DNA from: an uncultured Acidobacteriota bacterium
Lineage (GTDB): Bacteria; Acidobacteriota; Vicinamibacteria; Vicinamibacterales; JAKQTR01
Direction of reading: 5' to 3'
Length of the DNA: 64,000 nt
NCBI GenBank assembly: GCA_963700065.1
Contig: CAVOWJ010000005.1
Span: 620,953 to 684,952, forward strand
Below the pieces are notes generated by a model. That model saw nothing but the letters and a program-made list of their open reading frames with translations, searched no databases and was not told where the DNA came from. Below, in pieces: positions 25,385 through 34,718 of this stretch (the stretch's first letter is position 1; each line of letters starts with the position of its first letter). The position numbers and the translations under genes are program-made.

Positions 25385-27115
25385 ATGCTCAGAACCGCTA
25401 TGGTTCGAGTTCATTCTATCGTTGCGGCGGGTCTCGTTCTAGCCGCGCTGGCGGGCGGCGGCCGGCCGGCAGCGGCGCAGGGCCCGGGACCGGTTGGCAG
25501 CCTCCAGGTCTTCATGCAGGGGCGCCTGCTCGGCACCGAGCGGGCCACCGTCACGGAAACCCAGGATGGCTGGGTCATTCGCGGCACGGGCCGGCTGGCG
25601 GCGCCAGTCGACCTGTCCACCACCAGGTTCGAAGCGAAGTACGACCGTCAGTGGCGCCCGATCAGCCTCGAGATCGACGGCGCGCTTCGCAATCAGCCGC
25701 TCATCATCCGAACCGCGTTCGCCGACGGCAAGGCCATTTCCGACATCACGCAGGCGGGCCAGCAGAACCGAAAGGTCGACGCGGTGTCGGCCGACCCGGT
25801 CATGCTGCCGAACATGTTCTTCTGCTCCTACGAGGCGCTGGCGCTCCGCCTGAAGGCGATCAAGGTCCCCGGCGAGCTGAAGGCCTACATCACGGCGCAG
25901 GCCGAGATCCCGCTGCGTGTCACGGCGATGGGCGCCGAGCGCATCCAGACCGCCGGGCGCGCGGTGGCCGCCACGCGGTTCGACGTGACGCTCGAGAACC
26001 CGGGCGGCCCGATCCAGAGCGAGGTGTGGATAGACGACGACGGCCGGCTGCTCCGCTTCCGCGTGCCGGCACAGGGCCTCGAGGTGGCGCGCGAGGACAT
26101 CGCCGCTGTCTCGTCCCGCGTCGAGCAGATGGGCCGCGAGAACGACGAGCAGGTGCGCATCCCGTCGAGCGGGTTCACGCTGGCCGCCACGATCTCGAAG
26201 CCCGCCGACGCGCCCAAGCCGCCGAAGCCGGGAAAGGCGCCCGCCTACAAGCTGCCGGCGGTCATCCTGGTGGCCGGCTCGGGCCCCGTCGATCGTGACG
26301 AAACGGTCGCCGGCATCCCGGTCTTCGCCCAGCTCGCCAACGCCCTCGCCGACGCCGGTTTCATCGTCGTCCGGTACGACAAGCGGGGCGTGGGCCAGAG
26401 CGGCGGGCGCGAGGAGTCGGCGACGATCCAGGACTACGCCGACGATGTGCGGGCCGTCGTGGAATTCCTCAGGAAGCGGAAGGACGTGGACCCGGCCGGC
26501 GTGGCCGTCATCGGGCACAGCGAGGGCGGGCTGGTCGGCCTGCGCGCCGCCGCCAGCGCGGGCACGAAGCGGATCGCCGCGCTCGCGCTGCTGGCCACGC
26601 CCGGCACGCTGGGCGGCTTTCTGGTGCTCGAACAGCAGCAGTACCTGCTCGACAAGCTGAAGCTGCCTGAGGAGGAGAAGCAGAGCCGCATCGCGCTGCA
26701 GCAGAAGATCCAGGCCGCCGTGGTGAAAGGCTCAGGCTGGGAGAACGTCCCGGAGGTGTACCGGAAGCAGGCCGACACGGCGTGGTTCCGCAGCTTCCTG
26801 ACATTCAACCCCATCAAGGTGATGGGCGATGTCGATCAGCCGCTGCTCATCGTGCAAGGGGAGCGCGACCGGCAGGTGCCGTCGCCGCGGCACGGCGAGC
26901 TGCTGCTCGAGGCCGCGAAGGGCCGCAAGAAGCAGCCCGATGCGACGCTGGTGACCATCGACGGCGTGAATCACCTGTTCGTGCCGGCCGAGACCGGCGA
27001 TGTCGACGAGTACGCGGTGCTGCCGGACAGGAAGATCAGCCCGAAACTCGCTGACGCGCTCCTGCCGTGGCTGAGGGAGAAGCTCCGTGTGGGTCCTGCG
27101 GGCGCTAAACGCTGA
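25385..27115 (+). CDS. Secreted alpha/beta hydrolase with an N-terminal uncharacterised domain
   Basis: Signal peptide after MLRTAMVRVHSIVAAGLVLAALAGGG. Nucleophile elbow VIGHSEGG. C-terminal ...GVNHLF. Confidence 0.7.
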   Translation: MLRTAMVRVHSIVAAGLVLAALAGGGRPAAAQGPGPVGSLQVFMQGRLLGTERATVTETQDGWVIRGTGRLAAPVDLSTTRFEAKYDRQWRPISLEIDGALRNQPLIIRTAFADGKAISDITQAGQQNRKVDAVSADPVMLPNMFFCSYEALALRLKAIKVPGELKAYITAQAEIPLRVTAMGAERIQTAGRAVAATRFDVTLENPGGPIQSEVWIDDDGRLLRFRVPAQGLEVAREDIAAVSSRVEQMGRENDEQVRIPSSGFTLAATISKPADAPKPPKPGKAPAYKLPAVILVAGSGPVDRDETVAGIPVFAQLANALADAGFIVVRYDKRGVGQSGGREESATIQDYADDVRAVVEFLRKRKDVDPAGVAVIGHSEGGLVGLRAAASAGTKRIAALALLATPGTLGGFLVLEQQQYLLDKLKLPEEEKQSRIALQQKIQAAVVKGSGWENVPEVYRKQADTAWFRSFLTFNPIKVMGDVDQPLLIVQGERDRQVPSPRHGELLLEAAKGRKKQPDATLVTIDGVNHLFVPAETGDVDEYAVLPDRKISPKLADALLPWLREKLRVGPAGAKR

Positions 27116-27419
27116 CGCCGATCACCCCGTGTCGTTCCGCCTGATGCCGGGCGCCGTGAAGACGATCGGCCGACTCGGGTCGGCCGATTTCTGCGTAGAA
27201 GCGCCGCTGGTGTCGCGCCTCCATTGCCGCATCGAGGTGGCGCCGGACGGGGCCGTCGAGATCTTCGACCTCGACAGCACCAACGGCACGTGGATCGATG
27301 GCATGCGCATCACGCGCGCGCCGCTCCTGGCCGGCAACGTGCTGCGGGTGGGGCGCGTCGATTTCGCGCTGGAGGAGTCGGGCGAGCCAGGGGTGTCTGG
27401 TGGAGCCCTGGGGCTCTAG
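27087..27419 (+). CDS. FHA domain protein
   Basis: GTG start with GGGAGA upstream. TIGRLGSADFCV...VSRLHCRIE...DLDSTNGTWIDG matches the FHA signature (GR...S..H...NGT). Confidence 0.75.
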   Translation: MWVLRALNADADHPVSFRLMPGAVKTIGRLGSADFCVEAPLVSRLHCRIEVAPDGAVEIFDLDSTNGTWIDGMRITRAPLLAGNVLRVGRVDFALEESGEPGVSGGALGL

Positions 27420-28069
27420 CCCCCAGGTCTCAAGAACGGATTCGTTGTGCGCTCGCGCCCGATGGTCGTGTCGGGCCCGTGCCCCGAATGGACGATCGCC
27501 GCGTCGCCGAACGCGAACAGCACCTCCCGGATCGAACGCATCAGCGTGTCGTAATCGCCCCCCGGCAGATCCGTCCGCCCGATCGAACCCGCAAAGAGCG
27601 TATCGCCCACGAACAGGTGCGTGCCGGCCGTTCCAGGCCCCTCGATGCGCAGGCACACGCCGCCCGGACTGTGGCCGGGCGTGTCGTGCACGTGCGCCTC
27701 GAAGTCCCCGAACGCGACAGGCCCTGACTCGGCCAGGTCGAAATCCGGCGGCGGCGGCGGTTCGAGCGCGTAGCCGAACATCCTCCCCTGTTCCATCGCT
27801 GCGTTGTAGAGGAACAGGTCGTCGCCGTGCACGCCGACGGGGGCGCCGGTGGCCCGCTTCGCCCGCGCCACGCCGCTCAGGTGATCGACGTGCGCGTGCG
27901 TGAGCAGGATCGACGCAACCGACAGCCGCTCCGCCTCGACAGTGCGCAGCAGGTCGTCGACTTCGTCGCCGGGGTCGATGAGCACCGCGTGCCGCGTGCG
28001 CCCGCACGCCACGACGTAGCCGTTCTTGTGGAAGGGCGCGACCGCGCGTGATTCGATGATCAGGTCCAC
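27416..28069 (-). CDS. MBL-fold metallo-hydrolase (glyoxalase II-like)
   Basis: LLTHAHVDH metal motif, 217 aa, later TPGHSPGG. Confidence 0.85.
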   Translation of the reverse strand: MDLIIESRAVAPFHKNGYVVACGRTRHAVLIDPGDEVDDLLRTVEAERLSVASILLTHAHVDHLSGVARAKRATGAPVGVHGDDLFLYNAAMEQGRMFGYALEPPPPPDFDLAESGPVAFGDFEAHVHDTPGHSPGGVCLRIEGPGTAGTHLFVGDTLFAGSIGRTDLPGGDYDTLMRSIREVLFAFGDAAIVHSGHGPDTTIGRERTTNPFLRPGG

Positions 28070-28109
28070 GGCCCGATCCTATCCGCCTGGAGGATAATCT
28101 GGAAGCCAC

Positions 28110-29078
28110 ATGACGGCTGACGCGATCCTCACGGCCCGGCGGCGCATCGCGCCGCACATCAGGCGCACGCCGCTCGTCGCCTCGGCGTGGCTTTCCGCGC
28201 TGAGCGGCGCCGACGTGCGGCTCAAGCTCGAGTCGCTCCAGGTGACGAACTCGTTCAAGCTGCGCGGGGCGGTGAATGCCACCGCCGCGTTCATCGAGCG
28301 GTCGGGGCGCGAGGCCGGATCCCGAACTGCGATCGTCACCGCGTCGGCTGGCAACCACGGCCGCGCCATGGCGTACGCGGCCGAGCGCCTGGGCCTCCGA
28401 CTCGTCGTCTTCACGCCGCGATCGGCGCCGCGGGCGAAACTGGACTCCATCGCGCGCCATGGGGCGGATCTGCGCCCGGCCCCGACCTACGAGGACGCGG
28501 AACGCCTGGCGAAGGCGTTCGCCGCCGACACCGGCGCAACCTACATCTCTCCGTACAGCCATCCGGACGTCATCGCCGGCGCCGCTACGGTGGCGGTGGA
28601 GATCCTGGAAGACTGGCCCGCGGTCGACACGATTGTCGCGGCTGCGGGCGGCGGCGGGCTCATCGCCGGAATCGCCATCGCGGCGCGCGCGCTGGCCGGA
28701 AAGCGCGTGGAGGTCGTCGGCGTCGAGTGCGCGGCATCGCCCGCGTTCCACGAAGCCCTCGCGGCCGGCCGCATCGTCGAGGTGGAGGTCCATCCGACCC
28801 TGGCCGACGGCCTGGCGGGCAACATGGACCCGGAGTCGATCACCTTCGATCTCGTCCGCCGTGACGTCGACCGGATGGTGCTGGCGCCCGAGCGGGCGAT
28901 TGCCGATGCGATCCGCGGCCTCTTCGAGGAGGAACGCGTTGTCGCAGAAGGCGCCGGCGCCACAGCCGCTGCCGCGTTGATCGACGGCCTGCCGCTCGGG
29001 GGGCGTCACGTGGCGGTGGTGGTGTCGGGCTCGAACATCGATCCGGGCGTGCTGTCGAAAGCCCTGCTGAGCGGTTGA
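28110..29078 (+). CDS. PLP-dependent threonine/serine dehydratase family protein
   Basis: PLP lysine motif NSFKLRGA. ASAGNHG and GGGGLIAG loops. Confidence 0.8.
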   Translation: MTADAILTARRRIAPHIRRTPLVASAWLSALSGADVRLKLESLQVTNSFKLRGAVNATAAFIERSGREAGSRTAIVTASAGNHGRAMAYAAERLGLRLVVFTPRSAPRAKLDSIARHGADLRPAPTYEDAERLAKAFAADTGATYISPYSHPDVIAGAATVAVEILEDWPAVDTIVAAAGGGGLIAGIAIAARALAGKRVEVVGVECAASPAFHEALAAGRIVEVEVHPTLADGLAGNMDPESITFDLVRRDVDRMVLAPERAIADAIRGLFEEERVVAEGAGATAAAALIDGLPLGGRHVAVVVSGSNIDPGVLSKALLSG

Positions 29079-29085
29079 CGCGCGC

Positions 29086-31644
29086 CTACATCCCCTGGAG
29101 GGTTTTCGCCACCTCGGCGCGCATGGCGGAATGGGCCGCCTCGATCCGCGCCAGCGCCTCGATCACCGCCGGCGCCGAGGCCACGTTGCTCCACGGAAAG
29201 ACGGACTGCTTGAGCGCGGTGTAACCCTCCGACAGCGGATTGACGAGGCTCCAGGCGCGCCGCTCGGCGTCGGACGAGGCGATGCGGCGCAGGGCCGCCG
29301 CCGCGCGCACGGGGTCGTTGACGGCCGCCGCGGCCATCGCCGCGCACCCGGCCCAGCCGCTGCCATCGGGCGCGCCGGCCGCGCGGGCGGCAATGTCGGC
29401 AGCCGCGCGCGCGCCCTCGGCCGCGCGCTCCCCTTCCACGAGCACGGCGGCCAGCATCGCCCGCGCCTCGCACGAGCCGGGATGCCGCCGCACAAGAGTG
29501 GCCGCGAGCGCAGCGGCATCGGCGGCGCGGCCTGCAACGCCCAGCGCCGCGGCGCGGACGATGATGCCGGGCGGGAAATCGCCGGCTTCGCGCGAGTCGG
29601 CGCCGGCAGATGGCTCCGCGGCACCCGGGCGCGCAAGTGCGATGCGGTCCCGGAACCCGTCCCACCATGGCAGCGATGGCGCCAGCGAGCGGCCCCGCGC
29701 GACTGCCAGTTGCGCAGCGTCGAGCGAGCCGGCCGCGAGGTTCGCTGCGGCCAGTTGGTAGAAGATCAGCGGCTGCGCGGGCTCGAGTTCGAGTGCGCGC
29801 CGGACGAAGCCCGCCGCGCGGCCGGGGTCGATGGGCCGCACCGCATCCGCCAGCGCAAGGTAGCCGCGCCAGAACGCTGGCTCGATTTCGATGGCCCGCT
29901 TCAGGTGCTGCAGCGCCTCCGGTGTCGACGAAGCGGTCAACCCCATCGCCAGCCTGGTGATCGCCAGGTCGGGGTCGGCGGCGAACGCTGCCTCGCCCGC
30001 CCGACGGGCGCGCGCCTGGACGCCGCCGAACGGTTCACGCTGTTCGAACACCGACAGTGTGTAGAGGGCCTCGGCCAGCCCGGCCTGCGCTTCGATGAGG
30101 CTCGGGTCCTCGCGGGCCGCGGCTTCGAAGAGCTGCACGGCCCGGCCCGCGTCGTAGGAGGCCATCGCCTCGCGCGCCTCGAGGTACCTGTCGTACGCCA
30201 ACGGATTGACCAGCCTGAGCGCCGATCTGCCTTGCTCCGCGGTTGGCTTGTAGTCGACCCGGAGCCGCGTGGCGATCTCGCGGGTGAGGCCCGCTTGCAG
30301 CGCGACCAGATCCTGGGCGGTGCTCCGGTGCGAGCCGCTCCAGATGACGCGGCCGTCACGAGTATCTGTGAGCCGCGTCTCGAGCGTCATCGAGGTCCAG
30401 TCATCGTCGGCCGGCGTGAGCGTGCCCGTGAGCGCGAGTTTCGCGCCCACCTCTGCCGCGGCGGCCTGGGGCGGCTTTCCCGCCGACGCGCGGATTGACG
30501 ACTGTCCCAGCACCTGGATGCCCGGCACGCGCGCGAGACGCTGCGCCAGCTCTTCCGAAAGCCCCGCGCCGTAGTAGGGCCGCGGGTTGTCTTCGGGAGG
30601 CACGTAGTACGGCAGGACAACGAGCACCGGATCGGGCGGCGTGCCGAGGCGGGCCTCCCAGGCCTGGCGCAGCGGGTCGCGCCACTGCCACGCCGCCAGC
30701 GCGCCCGTGGCGACGAGCAGCGCGACGAAAAGAGCCAGCCGCAGCGGCGACGTGCGGCTGCGATACTCCGGCTCGCGCGCGGCCGTCTGACCCTGCACCT
30801 CAGCCGCCGCCTCGCGAAGCTGAGCGGCCATGACCACCGCGCCCTGGTAGCGCTCGAGAGGGCTCTTCGCCATGGCCCGCATGACGATGCGGTCGACGGC
30901 GCTGGGCACTCCTGGATTGTGGGCGCTCGGCGCCGCAGGCTGCGCGCGAATCACGCTGACGCCCACGTCGAGGGGCGTCCGGCCGGCAAACGCATGCTTC
31001 CCCGTCACCATCTCGTAGAGGAGGGCGCCAAGCGCGAAGACGTCCGATCGCTGGTCGGCCCGCTGGCCCAGCAGTTGCTCGGGCGCGGCGTAGCCCACGC
31101 GCGAACGGCCGAGCGCCTCGACGCGGGCCGCCTGCCGGTCGGCCGCGTCCACCGTGCCCTGGTGGTCGCCGCCCGGCTCGGAGAGCCCCGCGAACAGGCC
31201 GAAGTCCAGGATCTTCGCGTGCCCCTTCGGGGTAACCATCACGTTCGACGACGTGACCGAGCCGTGCACGAGCCCGAGGGCGTGCGCGTCGGCCAGCGCA
31301 TCGGCCATCTGCGCCGTCAGGTCGAGCGCGCGGCGGATGTTCATCGGCTGCCCGGCCAGCGCCGCGTTCAGCCGCTCGCCCGGCACGAACTCGTAGACGA
31401 GGTAGATCGATCGGCGCTCTTCGCCGGCCTCGAAGAGCGAGGCCACGTGCTGGTGGGTGAGCGCGGTGCAGGGCCTGATGAGGTCCAGGGCCCGGGCCCG
31501 CCGGGCAGGATCGTCCATGCCGTCGGTGATGACGCGGACCGCGACCGTCCGGCCGTGCACCGTGTCGCGGGCGCGGTAGACCGTTCCCATCGCGCCCGCG
31601 CCGATGGTGCTCAGGATGTTGTAGTGGGCGATCCGGTCACTCAT
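29086..31644 (-). CDS. Ser/Thr kinase-like domain with TM and TPR-rich C-terminal region; predicted pseudokinase
   Basis: Start MSDRIAHYNIL. G-loop IGAGAMGTVY, DFG and APE are present, but VAIK Lys is Arg (VAVRVI) and HRDLKPxN is LVHGSVTSSN. Confidence 0.8.
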   Translation of the reverse strand: MSDRIAHYNILSTIGAGAMGTVYRARDTVHGRTVAVRVITDGMDDPARRARALDLIRPCTALTHQHVASLFEAGEERRSIYLVYEFVPGERLNAALAGQPMNIRRALDLTAQMADALADAHALGLVHGSVTSSNVMVTPKGHAKILDFGLFAGLSEPGGDHQGTVDAADRQAARVEALGRSRVGYAAPEQLLGQRADQRSDVFALGALLYEMVTGKHAFAGRTPLDVGVSVIRAQPAAPSAHNPGVPSAVDRIVMRAMAKSPLERYQGAVVMAAQLREAAAEVQGQTAAREPEYRSRTSPLRLALFVALLVATGALAAWQWRDPLRQAWEARLGTPPDPVLVVLPYYVPPEDNPRPYYGAGLSEELAQRLARVPGIQVLGQSSIRASAGKPPQAAAAEVGAKLALTGTLTPADDDWTSMTLETRLTDTRDGRVIWSGSHRSTAQDLVALQAGLTREIATRLRVDYKPTAEQGRSALRLVNPLAYDRYLEAREAMASYDAGRAVQLFEAAAREDPSLIEAQAGLAEALYTLSVFEQREPFGGVQARARRAGEAAFAADPDLAITRLAMGLTASSTPEALQHLKRAIEIEPAFWRGYLALADAVRPIDPGRAAGFVRRALELEPAQPLIFYQLAAANLAAGSLDAAQLAVARGRSLAPSLPWWDGFRDRIALARPGAAEPSAGADSREAGDFPPGIIVRAAALGVAGRAADAAALAATLVRRHPGSCEARAMLAAVLVEGERAAEGARAAADIAARAAGAPDGSGWAGCAAMAAAAVNDPVRAAAALRRIASSDAERRAWSLVNPLSEGYTALKQSVFPWSNVASAPAVIEALARIEAAHSAMRAEVAKTLQGM

Positions 31645-31785
31645 GGAACACCCGCGACTATACTGGAACCCGGCTGCCGGGGCGTGGCCCGATCGAGACC
31701 ATCGGCCGCGACACGGACTCGGCGCTGTCCGATCGTATCGGCGGCGGCCGGCCCGGCCGCCAGATCCGGAGCGAGAACCGCCCGC

Positions 31786-33063
31786 GTGAACCCATATCGC
31801 GAGCTCCTGGCGAAGAACCGCAACTACAGGCTCCTGTGGCTGGGCCAGATTGTCAGCCAGCTCGGCGACTGGTTCAACTCGGTGGCCATCTACGCCCTGC
31901 TGCTCGAGTTGACGGGCAGCGCCACGTCGGTGGCGCTGATGATCATCGTGCAGTTCCTGCCGATGGCCGTCATCGGCCCGGTGGCGGGCGTGGTGGTGGA
32001 CCGGGTCGACCGGCGCCGGCTGATGATTGCTACCGACATCCTGCGGGGGCTGGCGATGCCCGTGCTGCTCGTGGTGCAGCGGCCCGACCAGGTGTGGATC
32101 GTCTACCTGGTTATGGGCACCGTGGTATCGCTCACGGCGTTCTTCGAGCCGGCTCGGACCGCGGTGATTCCGAACGTGACCACGCGCGCGCAACTGCTGA
32201 CGGCGAACGCGCTGTCGAGCGCGACCTGGTCGGCGATGCTCGCCATCGGCGCCGGCGCTGGCGGCATCGTCACGGCGGTGTTCGGCCGGAACGCGGCGTT
32301 TCTCGTCAACGCCGCGTCGTTCCTCGCGTCTGCCGTGATCATCGCGCGCACCGCGTTCGACGCCAGACCGCCCGAGGTGAAACGGCCGGCCGGCTGGGCG
32401 TCGCTGACGGGGATGGGCGATCTCGTCGAGGGCCTGCGCTACGTGCGGTCGGATCGGCACGTGGCCGCGCTGATGCTCGTGAAGGCCGGGTGGGGCGTGG
32501 CCGGCGGCGTGCTGCTCATCATGACCGTGCTCGGTGACCGGGTGTTTCCGGTTGGAGGGAGCGCCGCCGCGGGCATCGGCGTGCTCTACGCGGCCCGCGG
32601 CATCGGCGCGGGGATCGGGCCGATCCTCGCGCGCGCCTGGCTGGGCCAGCAGCCCGACGAAATGCGGCGGGCCATCGCCCCGTCCTTCTTCCTGGTGTCG
32701 GTGTTCTACCTGATGCTCAGCTGGTCGCCGACGATCCTCGTCGCGAGCGCGGCGGTCATCGGGGCGCACGCCGCCGGATCGGTGCTCTGGGTGTTCAGCA
32801 CCGTGCTGCTCCAGATGTCGGTGCCGGACCGGTTCCGCGGCCGCGTGTTCTCGGCCGAGCTGGCGCTGCTGATGATCATCTCCGCCGCGTCGAGCTATGC
32901 ATGCGCGTACGCGATGGACCAGTGGGGCGCCTCGCCCTTCGTGCTCACCCGGGTGCTGGGAGTCGTGTTCCTCCTGCCGGCCGTCGGCTGGCTGCTCATC
33001 GAGCGCCGCCAGTTCGTGGCCGGGCCCCGGGCCGGGGGGGCTGCGGGGACGGGTCCCGCCTGA
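31786..33063 (+). CDS. MFS transporter
   Basis: GTG start at 31786. LLWLGQIVSQLGDWF and VVDRVDRRRLMIATD (motif A-like). Multi-TM. Confidence 0.8.
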   Translation: MNPYRELLAKNRNYRLLWLGQIVSQLGDWFNSVAIYALLLELTGSATSVALMIIVQFLPMAVIGPVAGVVVDRVDRRRLMIATDILRGLAMPVLLVVQRPDQVWIVYLVMGTVVSLTAFFEPARTAVIPNVTTRAQLLTANALSSATWSAMLAIGAGAGGIVTAVFGRNAAFLVNAASFLASAVIIARTAFDARPPEVKRPAGWASLTGMGDLVEGLRYVRSDRHVAALMLVKAGWGVAGGVLLIMTVLGDRVFPVGGSAAAGIGVLYAARGIGAGIGPILARAWLGQQPDEMRRAIAPSFFLVSVFYLMLSWSPTILVASAAVIGAHAAGSVLWVFSTVLLQMSVPDRFRGRVFSAELALLMIISAASSYACAYAMDQWGASPFVLTRVLGVVFLLPAVGWLLIERRQFVAGPRAGGAAGTGPA

Positions 33064-33071
33064 AACGAAAC

Positions 33072-33127
33072 GGGGGACAGATCCCGGCGTCCGGGACTGT
33101 CCCCCTATGTCAAAGCCCGTACGGGCT
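33072..33127. terminator. Two hairpins between the convergent MFS and sigma-factor genes
   Basis: gggggacagatcccgg-cg-tccgggactgtccccc (15 bp with one bulge, 33072-33105) and the agcccgtacgggct palindrome (33114-33127). Confidence 0.55.
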
Positions 33128-33134
33128 GCTTCTG

Positions 33135-33785
33135 TTACGAGGCGAAGCTGTGCTCGGTCACCTGGCGGTGCAGCGAAAGCCCGGTGGCGAACTCAGCCAG
33201 ACGCTGGCGGAGAAAGAGCCGGCCGCGGTGGAGCCGCGACTTCAGCGTCTGCTCCTTGATGCCCAGCTTCGAGCTGGCCTCCTCGGTGGTCAGGCCGTGG
33301 AGGTCGCGCAGGATGACCGGCGTGCGGTAGATTTCGGGAAGTTCCTTCAGCGCCGACGCCAGGCGCGAGCGCATCTGCGACCGCATGATGGCCTCGTCGC
33401 CGAGCGACGACCAGTCGGCCGGCTCCCGCCGGACGCGGCCGCCGTTCTCCTCGACGTCGGAGAGCAGGTCCTGCTCGCGCACCTCGTGGAGCATGGTCAT
33501 GCGCTGGCCGCGCAGCCGCGACATCACCGTGTTGAACGTGATCCGGTAGATCCACGACGACAGCGCGGCGTCGCCGCGAAACGCGTCGATCTTCAGGTAG
33601 ACCTTCAACAGGACGTCCTGGGCCACCTCCTCCGCGTCCTCGGGCGACTTCACGTAGCGAAGCGCCAGCTGCTGGATGCGCGAACGGTAGGCGGCGTCAA
33701 GATCCACGATGGCCGATTCGTCCCGGGAGCGCATCCGGGCGACCAGGTCTGCATCAGTGCGCGAATACGATGACGGGGCTTGCAT
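33135..33785 (-). CDS. ECF-type RNA polymerase sigma factor
   Basis: Region 2 DAEEVAQDVLLKVYLKIDAFRGDAALSSWIYRITFN. Region 4 LPEIYRTPVILRDLHGLTTEEASSKLGIKEQTLKSRLHRGR. Confidence 0.85.
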   Translation of the reverse strand: MQAPSSYSRTDADLVARMRSRDESAIVDLDAAYRSRIQQLALRYVKSPEDAEEVAQDVLLKVYLKIDAFRGDAALSSWIYRITFNTVMSRLRGQRMTMLHEVREQDLLSDVEENGGRVRREPADWSSLGDEAIMRSQMRSRLASALKELPEIYRTPVILRDLHGLTTEEASSKLGIKEQTLKSRLHRGRLFLRQRLAEFATGLSLHRQVTEHSFAS

Positions 33786-34013
33786 GGCTCACATCCCTCT
33801 TGGCTATTCGGTTCGTCTTCTAGAACCCCGGCACAGCAAGGATTATTCCGACCGGAATGGACGTAGATTCAGAATGACACATAACTCATTGACAATCAGT
33901 GTGTTAACAACGATCTCGTGCGCTTGACCAGCCGTGCCGGAATCGCTGGTCACAGACCTCGACTTACGGCTTCCGTATTACGGGCGGCGAAAGCCTTACT
34001 CGACGCGGCGGCG

Positions 34014-34063
34014 GAAAACGGGGACTGTCCCCGCCTCTGACAGTGGGGACTGTCCCCGTTTTC
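34014..34063. terminator. Compound hairpin with two exact GGGGACTGTCCCC palindromes, at the lipB stop
   Basis: gaaaacggggac (34014-34025) pairs with gtccccgttttc (34052-34063). The 13-mers are at 34020-34032 and 34045-34057. Confidence 0.5.
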
Positions 34064-34718
34064 AGGCTGTGCGGTCGAAAACGGCGCAGAAATGGCGGAT
34101 GAAGTGGTCTTCGACTTCGGGGATGGGAACATCGCGCCCGGTGAGCTTCCGAAGCGAGGTCACGCCGCGGTCGGAGATGCCGCAGGGCACGATCAGGCGG
34201 AAGAAGTCCAGGTCGGTGTTCACGTTGTAGGCGAACCCGTGGCTCGTGACCCAGCGCTGGATGCGCACGCCGATGGCGCCGATCTTCTCGGCGACGACCC
34301 ATGCCCCCGTCAAGCCATGAATCCGGGCCGCCGTGAAACCGTATTCGCCGGTCACGCGGATCATCACTTCTTCCAGATCGCGCACGTACTGGTGCACGTC
34401 GCAGCGGTCGGGCTTCAGGCTGATGACCGGGTAGCCGACGATCTGGCCGGGTCCGTGATAGGTGACATCGCCGCCCCGGCCCGTTTCGTGAACATCGACG
34501 CCCAGTTCGGCGAGGCGCTCCGGCGTGGCCAGCACGTGCGTCCGGCCCTCACCCGCCTTCACGCCGAGCGTCAGCACGTGCGGGTGCTGCAGCAGCAGGA
34601 GCGTGTCGTCGATCTCGCCGGCCGCCCGCCGGGCCACGAGCGTCTGCTGCATCTCGAGGCCCTCGGCGTAGCCGACGACCCCGAGGCGGCGGACGACGAG
34701 CCGGCGATCAGACGGCAT
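34062..34718 (-). CDS. lipB: Lipoyl(octanoyl) transferase
   Basis: LLLLQHPHVLTLG, RGGDVTYHGPGQ and KIGAIGV motifs. Confidence 0.9.
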   Translation of the reverse strand: MPSDRRLVVRRLGVVGYAEGLEMQQTLVARRAAGEIDDTLLLLQHPHVLTLGVKAGEGRTHVLATPERLAELGVDVHETGRGGDVTYHGPGQIVGYPVISLKPDRCDVHQYVRDLEEVMIRVTGEYGFTAARIHGLTGAWVVAEKIGAIGVRIQRWVTSHGFAYNVNTDLDFFRLIVPCGISDRGVTSLRKLTGRDVPIPEVEDHFIRHFCAVFDRTA

